Part shown: one piece after another, positions 46,107-55,455 of the stretch
Position numbering within the stretch: position 1 is the stretch's first letter
Layout of the letters: each line of letters opens with the position of its first letter
Assembly: GCA_963836075.1 (NCBI GenBank)
Contig: CAWIIB010000001.1
Coordinates: 768,001-832,000 of the forward strand
Source of the DNA: an uncultured Acidobacteriota bacterium
Lineage (GTDB): Bacteria > Acidobacteriota > JAQAZP01
Direction of reading: 5' to 3'
Length of the DNA stretch: 64,000 nt
The notes under the pieces: model-generated
Told to the model about the DNA's origin: nothing
The model's database searches: none
The model's input: the letters and a program-made list of their open reading frames with translations, nothing else
Program-made: the position numbers and the translations under genes

Positions 46107-47300
46107 CTACCTGCTATAAGGCACCAGCCAGATCTCCGTCTGGCGCGGGGAGAGCCAGCGGCAGCCGTCAGCGGTGAGCACCACGATCTCCTCGATGGTG
46201 GCCACCCCGTGGCCGGCGATGGGCAGCCGCGGTTCCAGGGTGTAGACCTGTCCCTCCTCCACCTTCAGGTAGGGCAGCTGGCCGTAGCGCTCCCACTTTG
46301 GACAGAGCAGGCCGCCGCCGTCGTGGGCCACCCGGCCCACCTGGTGACCCAGGGCATGGGGGTATTCCTCGTACCCGGCAGTGGTGATGTGGCTGCGGGC
46401 CTTGTCATCCACCTCCCAGCCCATGACTCCCGGCCGGAGGAACTCCGCGGCCAGGGTCACCGAGTCGAGGATCGTCTGGAAACCGCGCAGCACCTCCTCC
46501 GGGGCCGTTGTCTCCCCTTCCCGAAGAAAATACCAGGTGCGCTGGAGGTCCGAGCAGTAGCCGCCCTTGCGCACCCCGAAGTCGATGTTCAGCACGTGGC
46601 CCGGTTCGGCCGTGCGGCTGGTGGGCCCGGCGTGAGCCCCGGCCGAGTCGGGGCCGGTGAAGATGGCCGGGCAGTGCTCCTCGTCCCAGGCCGGCGGCAG
46701 CCCTGTTTTCTCCCGCTCGGCGATGACAAAGGCCGCGGCCTCCTTCTCGGTCACCCCGGGGCGGAGCCAGCCGCCCAGTTTATCGAAGATGCCGATGGTC
46801 TCGGCGATGGCGCCCTCGATCAGGCTCAGTTCACTCTCCGATTTGCGGCCGCGCAGGGCGGCGATCACCGGCTCGGCCGATACCAGGCGGTCGGCATACG
46901 GTGTGCCTTCGAGATACTCGAGGAGCTTGATATACATGCCGTGGGTCAGGCCGTCGGCCACCGGTGTGTCGGTGGAATAGTTGATGGCGATTTTTTGCGG
47001 ATCGAGACGCTGCAACACCTTGAGCAGTTCCTCGTCGATCCCCTTGACGTAGCCGGTGAGCTCCCGGAAGAGCCCGGTTGTCTCGATGTTCGCCCTGTCC
47101 AGGCTGCCCACCAGGGCGATGGTCTCGCCGCCGGCAGTGACCATGAAGGCCGACTGCCAGGTGCAGCCGGTGCCCAGGATCATGTCCAGCGAGGGGTCGC
47201 GGGTCACTTCGGTTTCGCGGACAAAGGTGAGCCAGAGGTCGATGTCCAGCTGCCGCAGGATCTCGGCGGCCTGGGTCAGTTTTTCCTGTTCCAGATTCAT
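46107..47300 (-). CDS. Xaa-Pro aminopeptidase (M24 family)
   Basis: IDFG, YCSDLQRT, HALGHQVG..AHD, TLEP, IEE. Confidence 0.92.
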   Translation of the reverse strand: MNLEQEKLTQAAEILRQLDIDLWLTFVRETEVTRDPSLDMILGTGCTWQSAFMVTAGGETIALVGSLDRANIETTGLFRELTGYVKGIDEELLKVLQRLDPQKIAINYSTDTPVADGLTHGMYIKLLEYLEGTPYADRLVSAEPVIAALRGRKSESELSLIEGAIAETIGIFDKLGGWLRPGVTEKEAAAFVIAEREKTGLPPAWDEEHCPAIFTGPDSAGAHAGPTSRTAEPGHVLNIDFGVRKGGYCSDLQRTWYFLREGETTAPEEVLRGFQTILDSVTLAAEFLRPGVMGWEVDDKARSHITTAGYEEYPHALGHQVGRVAHDGGGLLCPKWERYGQLPYLKVEEGQVYTLEPRLPIAGHGVATIEEIVVLTADGCRWLSPRQTEIWLVPYSR

Positions 47301-47373
47301 GAGCAGACTCCTTGGGATTGTATGGGACGACGTCAGTCAGTATGCCACAGAATGAGCCGGGATGACGACCGTC

Positions 47374-49353
47374 TCAGCGCTCGGTCTCCCAGCCGAGGGC
47401 GATGCGGTCGAGGAGGTGTTTTTCATAGGCATCGCAACGGCCGTCCTCGTGGAAGAAAAGGCGGGCGGTCTCGAAGAGGACCATGGCCTGCCGCTCGTCG
47501 GCGCCCAGGTCCTCGGCCACGTGGCGGTAATGGGTGAACAGCTCCAGCCCGGACACGGCGTCCGACAGCTGGGGCACCGCGGCCACCAGCCGGGCATGGT
47601 CCCAGACGTCGCCGGCCCACAGCCGGCCGGCCAGAGGAACGGTGGTCCCGCCGGGGGCGGCGTTGGTCAGGGTCTTCAGGCCGCCCAGACGGGGCAGCAT
47701 CCGGCCCGGTCCCTTGATCTGCGCCGAACGCCAGAACCAGCGGTTCCACTCCCAGGAGCGTCCCCCCTCGGCCCGCAGGGCCCAGATGGGCAGGTCCGGC
47801 TCCATGGGCGAATAGTAGGTGCCGAGGCGGAGATAACGGCCCTCGGGGTCGTGCCAGAGGAAGAGGGTCTCCTCCACGGGATGCTGGGGATCCTCCGGCC
47901 GCCGCCACCCCTCCACCAGCCGCCAACCGCCGGGAACCCGGCCGGCAAAGGTGACAAAACCATCGGCTCTCGATTCAACGGCCCGCACCAGCCCCTCACC
48001 CCAGTGTGCGCTGCGCCGCAACAGACCTGGTTTACGGACCGCCCCCAACACCGTGTCGGGCCAGCAATTGAACAACAACTGCAGGGCCGTCAGCCCGAGC
48101 AGTGTTGCAGAGGCAAACCGGCGGAGACCGCGCTTGCCAGTCGCTGCGGTCCCGCCGGACCGGATCAGCCCGTCCCAGGCCGCGCCCAGCAGCGGGGAGA
48201 GGGCCAGGCAGAGGCCGAACAGCGGTTCCACTGCGTATCGGCCGGCAAATGCGCCATAGACCAGGATGGGCAGCCCGGCCGCGGCGGACCAGGCCAGCCC
48301 CACGGTTACTGTCCGACCGCCGCTGAGAAAGGCAACGGCCAGGAGCACAGCCAGCAGGGTCACGTGAAAAATCCCCCCGGGAAGGAACAGCAGAAGCAGT
48401 GCCGCCAGGGCCAGGACCGTCATTCCGGCGCGGCCGCCGGCCACGGACAGCCCTTTCCCTTCCGGCGCCGGGCGGAGCAGTGCCAGGGGCAGCAGCAGGA
48501 ACCAGGCCAGGCTTTTCAGCACAGTTCCGGCCTGGACGAGGAAGGTGATCCAAACCAGCTGGAAAGTGAGCGACAGGTCGGCGAGGGCGACCCCGCCACC
48601 GGAGCGGGCCCGGAAGGACGGGATGGCCCAGAGGAGCACAGAGAGTCCGAGGTAAAAGAGCGCCGGACCGAAACGCTCCCAACGGCCGCGTCGCGGCCCG
48701 CCCCCCGCAGCCGCCGCGGCCAGCACCACGGGAATGACAAAAAGCTCGGTTTCCCTGGTGAACAGCGCGGCCAGCAGCAGGGGGAAACCGAGGAACAGGC
48801 CTGCCCGTTTCCCGTCGATCATGAACCAGAAGGTCAGCCGCAGGCCAGCAGCAGCCAGCAGCAGGCCCAGGGCCAGGTTGAGATGGCTGGTCCAGGCCAA
48901 CAGGCCGGCCACCGGCGGGCAGGAGATGAAGAGCAGCGCAGAAAGGGCACCGCCGATGGTACTTCCGGAAAGATAGCCGGCCAGTTCGGCCAGCAGGGCG
49001 GCCAGCAGCACCAGCAACAGCAGGAGAACGGTCTGGTATGCTGCCGGATTCTCCCCCAGACCAACATAGAGCAGAACACGGAAGAGGTTGGTCACCGGTC
49101 TGCCGGGATGAACGTGGGAAAAATGATCTCCTGGGGAAACCGCAGCGAGAACCAGACGGCCGGGAAAACCCGCCCCGGACCCGTCAGGCGCCTCGGATGC
49201 CGTCTGCACCACGTGACGGCAGAAAGCCAGGTGTCCGAAATCGTCAACGCGAAAATAGATCTCGTCGGGCCTGACCGCACTGAGCAGGAAGAATGCCGCC
49301 AGAGCCGTAATGATCACTGCCGCTGCCCTGGACCGCCACATGCCTCTGTTCAT
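47374..49353 (-). CDS. Polytopic membrane protein, GT-C-like
   Basis: TM1 followed by a DD loop (RVDDFGHL), H..RP motif, about ten hydrophobic segments, TRE motif, soluble C-terminus. Confidence 0.55.
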   Translation of the reverse strand: MNRGMWRSRAAAVIITALAAFFLLSAVRPDEIYFRVDDFGHLAFCRHVVQTASEAPDGSGAGFPGRLVLAAVSPGDHFSHVHPGRPVTNLFRVLLYVGLGENPAAYQTVLLLLLVLLAALLAELAGYLSGSTIGGALSALLFISCPPVAGLLAWTSHLNLALGLLLAAAGLRLTFWFMIDGKRAGLFLGFPLLLAALFTRETELFVIPVVLAAAAAGGGPRRGRWERFGPALFYLGLSVLLWAIPSFRARSGGGVALADLSLTFQLVWITFLVQAGTVLKSLAWFLLLPLALLRPAPEGKGLSVAGGRAGMTVLALAALLLLFLPGGIFHVTLLAVLLAVAFLSGGRTVTVGLAWSAAAGLPILVYGAFAGRYAVEPLFGLCLALSPLLGAAWDGLIRSGGTAATGKRGLRRFASATLLGLTALQLLFNCWPDTVLGAVRKPGLLRRSAHWGEGLVRAVESRADGFVTFAGRVPGGWRLVEGWRRPEDPQHPVEETLFLWHDPEGRYLRLGTYYSPMEPDLPIWALRAEGGRSWEWNRWFWRSAQIKGPGRMLPRLGGLKTLTNAAPGGTTVPLAGRLWAGDVWDHARLVAAVPQLSDAVSGLELFTHYRHVAEDLGADERQAMVLFETARLFFHEDGRCDAYEKHLLDRIALGWETER

Positions 49354-49420
49354 CTACCGTTCACCATTGGTGAAAAGTCTATTTTGGCAACCCGGGCAGC
49401 GGGCCGTCCAGACCCGTGCC

Positions 49421-49449
49421 TTGACAATAACTATTGTGTAATCTATATT
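49421..49449 (+). promoter_or_regulatory. Sigma70 promoter with overlapping palindrome
   Basis: TTGACA-N17-TATATT; inverted repeat ACAATA-AC-TATTGT overlaps the -35 and spacer. Confidence 0.7.
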
Positions 49450-49854
49450 TAGTGTAACCGTAAATAGTGTTCAGGGCAACGGTACGCGTTGAAATTCTCC
49501 GGAGTCACCAATGGTGAGTCCGGAATGTGCGGATTAACGGTCCCGTCGGCTTCGGGTTATAGATTATGACAATCTTCCGAGTCCAGACGGCCCTATCCCG
49601 GCTGCGGAACCGCCAGATGATGCCCAGTTATTGGTATCCCGCCCGTTCATGATCGATACCCGAGACAGGGATCCCGGGTATCCGGGATCGTATTGACGAT
49701 CCACTCGATCGGGCGATACATCACAACATTTTCAGATCCACACCATCCTGGAAGAGGATTCCTTATCCCGGGGGGTGAAATCGACAATTTAAATCGATCA
49801 ACTGCCGGTCTTCATGGATCATGAGACCCTGATCATTTACGTAAAAAGACCCTC

Positions 49855-51006
49855 ATGAGCACAAAATATATCGCCAGTCTCGCGGCAGTTCAGCATCTCG
49901 GCGAAGAGGAAAAACGCGTTCTGCAACAAGTGGTGAACCGGTTCTCGTTCCAGGCCAGTGAACATTACCTCTCGCTGATCGACTGGGATGACCCGGACGA
50001 CCCCATCCGACGGCTGATCGTGCCCGATCTCCATGAACTTCACGCGTGGGGCCGTCTGGATGCCTCCAACGAACAGGACCACACGGTCATCCCCGGCCTG
50101 CAGCACAAATACAATTCCACTGCCCTGCTGCTGGCCAGCAACACCTGCGGCGGGAAATGCCGATACTGTTTCCGCAAGCGGATCTTTCTCGACAGCCGCA
50201 AGGACCAGCTGCGCGATCTCACCGGCGCAGTGGACTATCTGCGGCGTCACCGGGAGATCACCAATGTGCTGATCACCGGAGGCGATCCGCTGACCCTGCC
50301 CCCGTCCCGGCTTGAATCGATAATCGGCCGGCTGATGGACATCGACCACATCCGGATCATCCGCATCGGGACCAAGATGCTCGCTTTCGACCCGTTCCGC
50401 GTGGTGGAAGATCCTTCCCTGCCGGAACTGATCCGGCAGGTGATCATCCGGGGGAAACAGATCTACATCATGAATCACTTCGACCATCCGCGGGAAGTTA
50501 CCGAGCCGTCGGTGGAAGGAATCAGGATGCTGAGCCAGGCCGGTGCGGTGCTGCTCAATCAGACCCCGCTGATCCGGGGGATCAACGATTCCCCGACAGT
50601 GCTGGCCGACCTGTTCAGCGGTCTGGCCGCGTTGGGTGTCAGTCCATACTACGTTTTCCAGTGCCGCCCGGCCCTGGGCAACAAGCCGTATTCGGTTCCC
50701 GTGGAAGAGGGCTACCGGATTTTCGATGCCGCCAAGTCGATGGTCTCCGGCCTGGCCAAACAGGCACGTCTCGTCATGTCCCATGCCGAGGGCAAGATCG
50801 AAGTGGTGGGGAAGACTGACCGTCACATCTTCTTCAAGTTCCACCGTGCTGCCGTTGATCTGGACAGCGGGCAATTCATGATTCGCCGCTGCAATCCCCA
50901 CGCCCACTGGTTCGATGACTATGAGCGGCCTGGATTGCCGGCCCCGGCCCCGGGCCGCTACCTGGAAGGCGGCTATGCTCACCGGGCCCAGGCCAGCCTG
51001 GCCTGA
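49855..51006 (+). CDS. KamA family radical SAM/PLP aminomutase-like protein
   Basis: GLQHKY, CGGKCRYCFRKR, ITGGDPL, RIGTK, HFDHPRE, NQTPLIRGIND, candidate PLP Lys in HAEGK. Confidence 0.92.
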   Translation: MSTKYIASLAAVQHLGEEEKRVLQQVVNRFSFQASEHYLSLIDWDDPDDPIRRLIVPDLHELHAWGRLDASNEQDHTVIPGLQHKYNSTALLLASNTCGGKCRYCFRKRIFLDSRKDQLRDLTGAVDYLRRHREITNVLITGGDPLTLPPSRLESIIGRLMDIDHIRIIRIGTKMLAFDPFRVVEDPSLPELIRQVIIRGKQIYIMNHFDHPREVTEPSVEGIRMLSQAGAVLLNQTPLIRGINDSPTVLADLFSGLAALGVSPYYVFQCRPALGNKPYSVPVEEGYRIFDAAKSMVSGLAKQARLVMSHAEGKIEVVGKTDRHIFFKFHRAAVDLDSGQFMIRRCNPHAHWFDDYERPGLPAPAPGRYLEGGYAHRAQASLA

Positions 51007-51130
51007 CCACCCCCGCCGGGAAAGTTGATTCGCCGCCACTGATGTGGTAGATTCTGGCTCGCGTCAAAAGTCCTTTGTTTTGAACAATCAACATTGACCA
51101 GCACCCGCTGTCGGCCCTAAAGGCACCATT

Positions 51131-52168
51131 GTGACCGATTCGTCCGACCACACTCCGCGGCTATCGGTGATCATCGCCGTGTACAACGGGGAGCACATCA
51201 TCCAGCAGACCCTGGAGGCCCTGGGCACCTCCGGCTTCACCGATTTCGAAACGGTGGTGGTGGACGATGCCAGCACCGACCGCTCGGCGGAGCTGATCGC
51301 CCGGTTCCCGGTGCGGCTGGTGCGGTTGGACCGGAACCGCGGCGCCGGGTTCGCCCGGAACGAGGGTGCGCGGCAGGCCCGCGGCGACATCCTGTTCATC
51401 ACCGACCAGGACTGCCTGGTGGAGCCGGAGACCCTGGGCCGGGCCGTTGAAGCGGCAACCGGCCGCCCCCGGCGGATTGTGGGCGGGACCTACACCACCA
51501 TCCCGGCGGACCGCCATCTTTTTGCCAGTTCCTTCCAGTCGCTCCACGTCCACTACTTCGAGACAAAGCTCGCACGCCCCGACTATGTGGCGGCCCATGC
51601 CATGGTGCTCCCCAGAAAGCTCTTCCTCGACCATGGCGGGTTCCCCGAGGAGCCGATCATGGGCAAACTGGACGGGCTGGCCGCCGACGTGCACCTCTGC
51701 CGCGAGATGCGGGGAGACGGCGTGGAGGTGGTGGCCGACCCCACCATCCTGGTGCGCCACGACTTTGGATTCACCGTGTGGAAATCACTGGAAAACGCGG
51801 CCCGCAAGAGCTACACCTGGACCCGCTATGCCCTGGACCAGAGTGCGCTGTTCACCGATTCGGGCAGCGCCTCCACCGAGATGAAGCTGGGGGGAATTTT
51901 TTCCGGTCTGTTCACCGCCGGCCTGCTGCCGGCGCTCCTCACCGGTTCGCTGCCGCTCTGGCTGCTGACCCTGCTGTCGCTGGCCGCGGCCATCTGGGTC
52001 AACCGGCGGTTCTACGGCTTTATCCAACGCGAGCGGGGGACCCTGTTCATGCTGCGGTCCGTGCTCTTTTATACGGTGATGCTCGACCTGATCCTCGTTG
52101 CCTCGGCTCTGGCCACTGCCCGCCACCTGCTGGCCGGGAGGGGGCCGGACAGGGGGACCGGACGATGA
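51131..52168 (+). CDS. GT2 glycosyltransferase with C-terminal TM helices
   Basis: SVIIAVYN, VVDDASTD, ARNEGA, TDQD. Confidence 0.88.
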   Translation: MTDSSDHTPRLSVIIAVYNGEHIIQQTLEALGTSGFTDFETVVVDDASTDRSAELIARFPVRLVRLDRNRGAGFARNEGARQARGDILFITDQDCLVEPETLGRAVEAATGRPRRIVGGTYTTIPADRHLFASSFQSLHVHYFETKLARPDYVAAHAMVLPRKLFLDHGGFPEEPIMGKLDGLAADVHLCREMRGDGVEVVADPTILVRHDFGFTVWKSLENAARKSYTWTRYALDQSALFTDSGSASTEMKLGGIFSGLFTAGLLPALLTGSLPLWLLTLLSLAAAIWVNRRFYGFIQRERGTLFMLRSVLFYTVMLDLILVASALATARHLLAGRGPDRGTGR

Positions 52169-53685
52169 CCCGGACGGCGGCAGCGGCCGCGTATCGCTGG
52201 GGGTTTCCCCTGCTGCTGGCCCTGTTGCTGCTGGGGCTGAAGTGGCCCTCCCTCTCCCTGCCGGTGTGGGGCGACGGTCAGGCCTACGTGGTGCCCAACG
52301 GCCTGCTGCTGCTGGAGGAACCGGGGCAGCTCTTCATTCCCGACGAGGTCCACCCGCCCTTCTACTTCCGTTTGCTGGCCGAAGCCTACCGCCTCTTCGG
52401 CACCAGCCTGGCGGTGTCCCATGGACTGATCCTCTTCTTCGCCTTTTTGGCACTGCTCTATACCTGGCGGCTGGGTGAGGCCTTTTTCGGCCGCGGCACC
52501 GGGGCCGCCGCCTCGCTGTTACTGCTCTTTTGCCCGCTCTTCTTCTGCCAGGCAGGGCTGGTCCGCCTGGCCATCCCGCTCACCGCCTTTACAGTGATGA
52601 CGCTCTTCTACGGCCTCTCCGCCCGGCCGCTGCCCCTGGCCCTGTTTGGCGCGGCCCTGGTGCTGACCAAGCACCCCGGCATCTTCATCATCGCCGGCCT
52701 GCTGGCCGCGCTGCTGCTGCCGCTGCTGCGACCGGGCACCGGGAAGCTCCCCGGCGGGAAATCGATCCGATGGCCATTGTTGCTGGCTGCCGGCCTGCCC
52801 GTGGGCGTCTTCCTCCTCTGGGCCCTCTCCTGCCGCCTGCACTATGGCTGGATGTTTCACCCGGAGAACACCGCCGACCTGGGCCTGACAGCCGGGCCGT
52901 TGCTGGCCCGGGTGGGATACTGGCTGCGCCAGTTGTTGCTGCTGAAGTGGATGTGGGTCCCGGCCCTGTTCATCATCGGGGGAGCCAGTGTCCTGCTGCG
53001 ATCCGCAGCGCCCGGCCACCAGGCCCGGCCCGGGCCGCGGGGTTGGGAGCTGGCAACGGCGCTGGGATTGCCATATGTCTTCTTCATCGGTTTCTTCTCC
53101 TGTTATGCCTATGATTTCCCCCGTTACCTGCTGCCGCTCTATCCCTCGTTCTTCCTGCTTGCCGCGGCCGGGGCGCGAAAACTGGCCGGGCAACGGCCGA
53201 TGGCCGGCCTGACCCTGCTGCTGGCGCTGTCGCTCCCCCTGTTCACCTCCGGCTGGTTCCGCGACTACACCCTCCCCCGCCCCCGGGAATACTACGAGAG
53301 CGACCTGGCCTATGAGGAAGTGCTGGCCGCCAAGCGGGCCGCGGCAGCCCACCTCGAACAGCACCACCCGGGGAAAACCGTGCTCACCGGCAAACCGGCG
53401 CTGGACCTCCGGGAACCGGCCTTTGGTTACGTCAGCCACCCCATGGCCGTGATCCACCTGCCGCGGCGCAAGGGCCTGGACCTCGACCTGTTCCGCAAGG
53501 CCGACCTCTTCTACCTCTTCTCCGCCACCAGCCCCGAGGTGGAGGGCGAGAACGGGAAGCAGCTGATCAGGGCCGGGATCCGGCCGGTGCGGGAGGCCGA
53601 CTTCTCCATCCCGGCCATCCCGCTCAAGATCTACCGGCTGGAGGCGGTCCCTCCCGCCACCGGCACCGGGGAGGGGCGGCGATGA
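52165..53685 (+). CDS. GT-C (PMT_2/ArnT-like) membrane glycosyltransferase
   Basis: W.D loop, HPP motif, LTK, PRYLLPLYP, many TM segments; ATGA overlap. Confidence 0.75.
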   Translation: MTRTAAAAAYRWGFPLLLALLLLGLKWPSLSLPVWGDGQAYVVPNGLLLLEEPGQLFIPDEVHPPFYFRLLAEAYRLFGTSLAVSHGLILFFAFLALLYTWRLGEAFFGRGTGAAASLLLLFCPLFFCQAGLVRLAIPLTAFTVMTLFYGLSARPLPLALFGAALVLTKHPGIFIIAGLLAALLLPLLRPGTGKLPGGKSIRWPLLLAAGLPVGVFLLWALSCRLHYGWMFHPENTADLGLTAGPLLARVGYWLRQLLLLKWMWVPALFIIGGASVLLRSAAPGHQARPGPRGWELATALGLPYVFFIGFFSCYAYDFPRYLLPLYPSFFLLAAAGARKLAGQRPMAGLTLLLALSLPLFTSGWFRDYTLPRPREYYESDLAYEEVLAAKRAAAAHLEQHHPGKTVLTGKPALDLREPAFGYVSHPMAVIHLPRRKGLDLDLFRKADLFYLFSATSPEVEGENGKQLIRAGIRPVREADFSIPAIPLKIYRLEAVPPATGTGEGRR

Positions 53686-55415
53686 ACGGCGGGTGGCGCT
53701 GGTGGTGTAGGCCGGGCCTGATCATCCTGCTGTTCCTGCTGGGTGCACACGGCTTCCTCGGCCTGCAGAGCATGGCACGGAAGTCGGCCACCTTCGACGA
53801 ATACAAGCACCTGCGCAACGGCTACATCTACCTGCGGCCCGGGGTCTACACCAGGATTCCGGAACCGGACGAGCTGATCAACCCGCCGCTGGTCAACGTT
53901 CTCACCGCCCTGCCCCTCACCGGTCTGGAACTCACCGGGACCGAAACCACCGGCGGCCCGACCGGGGACACCGCCCCGCGGACAAAAACCGGGACCTGGA
54001 AACAGACCTTCCCCTTTGACACCGGGCGCCACCCGGACGTCCTGCTGGCCCGCGGCCGGGCCGCCGCCCTGGCGATCTCCCTGCTCACCGGCCTGCTGCT
54101 CTTTGCCTGGGCCCAGCGGCTCTACGGTGAGGCCGGGGGCCTCTGCGCCCTGGCGCTCTACGCGCTTAGCCCCAACATCCTGGCCCATGCCCGGCTGGTC
54201 ACCGTCGACATCGGGTTTGCCGCCTTTGCCCTGCTGGCGGCCCATGCGAGCTGGCGCTGCGCCGCGGCGCCGGGTCGCCGGCGCGCTGTCTGGATGGGCC
54301 TGGCCGCGGGTCTGGCCCTGCTGAGCAAACACAGCGCCCTGGTCTTGCTGCCGCCGCTGATCGTGGCCTTCGTGATCCGCCGGCTGGTCCTGCGGCGGGA
54401 ACTTCCCCAGGACGATCCGAACCGCTCTTTGACTCGCATCGCGGAACACCTGGCCCTGGCCGCTGTCTGCGCCCTGGCCGTGGTCTGGACCGGCTGCCGC
54501 CTCTTTCTGGTCCCCGCCTTCAGCGCCTCCACCGGGGCCGCCGCCTCCTCCGGGTTGTGGGGGTTCCTCGCCGACCCGCTGCGACTCTGGCTCCATGGCG
54601 TCTTCATCGTCAAAGACGCCCGGATGAACGCCTTTCTCTTCGGCAAACTCTCGCTCACCGGCTGGTGGTACTACTTTCCGGCGGCAGTCCTGATCAAGAG
54701 CACCATCCCGGCGCTGCTGCTGGCCGGCAGCGCAACTGTTGGAGCCCTGACCGCCGCCATACGGTTCCGGCGACGGCCGGGCGCCGCGGCCGACGAGCTG
54801 TTTCTCTGGCTCCCGGCCCTTTTCTTCCTCGGGGTGAGCATGGCCGGAGGGATCAACGTGGGGCTGCGCCACGTGCTGGTGATCTACCCCCTGCTCTTCC
54901 TGCTCTGCGGCCGTCTCTGGCCCTGGTCGCGCGAGAGCCGTTCGCTGCGCGCCGCAGTGGTCGTTCTGCTGGTGTTCCATGCCGCAGCGTGCCTGGCGAT
55001 CCACCCGCACCACCTGGCCCACTTCAACCGGCTGTCCGGCGGGCCGGAAAACGGCTACCGGATGATGGTGGACTGCAACCTCGACTGGGGCCAGGACCTG
55101 AAACTTCTGGCGGAATACCTGGAGGGAGCCGGGGATCACGAGGAACTGCGTCTGGCATATTTCGGGCCCACGCCCCCCGAGGTTTACGGGATCAGCAACT
55201 TCCGCGCGGTCAGCCCGGAGAACCAGCTGCACCCCGAGGCGGGTTTTTACGCGGTGAGCGCCACCCGCCTGCAGAACCTCTACGGTTTCCAGCGCACCCC
55301 GGGGCGGTTCCGCTGGCTGCGGGACCGCCCCCCGGACCACCAGCTGGGATATTCAATCCTCCTCTACCGCATCACCCCGGAGGAAGCGTCTCGCCTTGCG
55401 CAGGGTCAAAGCTGA
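53682..55415 (+). CDS. GT-C (PMT_2/ArnT-like) membrane glycosyltransferase
   Basis: TFDE..HL..GY, NPPL, SPNILAH.RLVT.D, SKHS, NVGLRH, D.NLDWGQDL. Confidence 0.82.
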   Translation: MNGGWRWWCRPGLIILLFLLGAHGFLGLQSMARKSATFDEYKHLRNGYIYLRPGVYTRIPEPDELINPPLVNVLTALPLTGLELTGTETTGGPTGDTAPRTKTGTWKQTFPFDTGRHPDVLLARGRAAALAISLLTGLLLFAWAQRLYGEAGGLCALALYALSPNILAHARLVTVDIGFAAFALLAAHASWRCAAAPGRRRAVWMGLAAGLALLSKHSALVLLPPLIVAFVIRRLVLRRELPQDDPNRSLTRIAEHLALAAVCALAVVWTGCRLFLVPAFSASTGAAASSGLWGFLADPLRLWLHGVFIVKDARMNAFLFGKLSLTGWWYYFPAAVLIKSTIPALLLAGSATVGALTAAIRFRRRPGAAADELFLWLPALFFLGVSMAGGINVGLRHVLVIYPLLFLLCGRLWPWSRESRSLRAAVVVLLVFHAAACLAIHPHHLAHFNRLSGGPENGYRMMVDCNLDWGQDLKLLAEYLEGAGDHEELRLAYFGPTPPEVYGISNFRAVSPENQLHPEAGFYAVSATRLQNLYGFQRTPGRFRWLRDRPPDHQLGYSILLYRITPEEASRLAQGQS

Positions 55416-55455
55416 GGGCTAAAATCGGGTGTGAGCGAACAGAGCGGAGAACCTC

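Noticed and set aside
49469-49500. FMN or c-di-GMP-I riboswitch (TTCAGGGCA...TGAAATTC)
   Set aside because: Only the first few nucleotides resemble these families; the remaining conserved elements are absent.
49566-49652. 28-aa ORF in the KamA leader as a RiPP precursor or leader peptide
   Set aside because: No RBS, no informative composition, and KamA-type enzymes are not peptide maturases.
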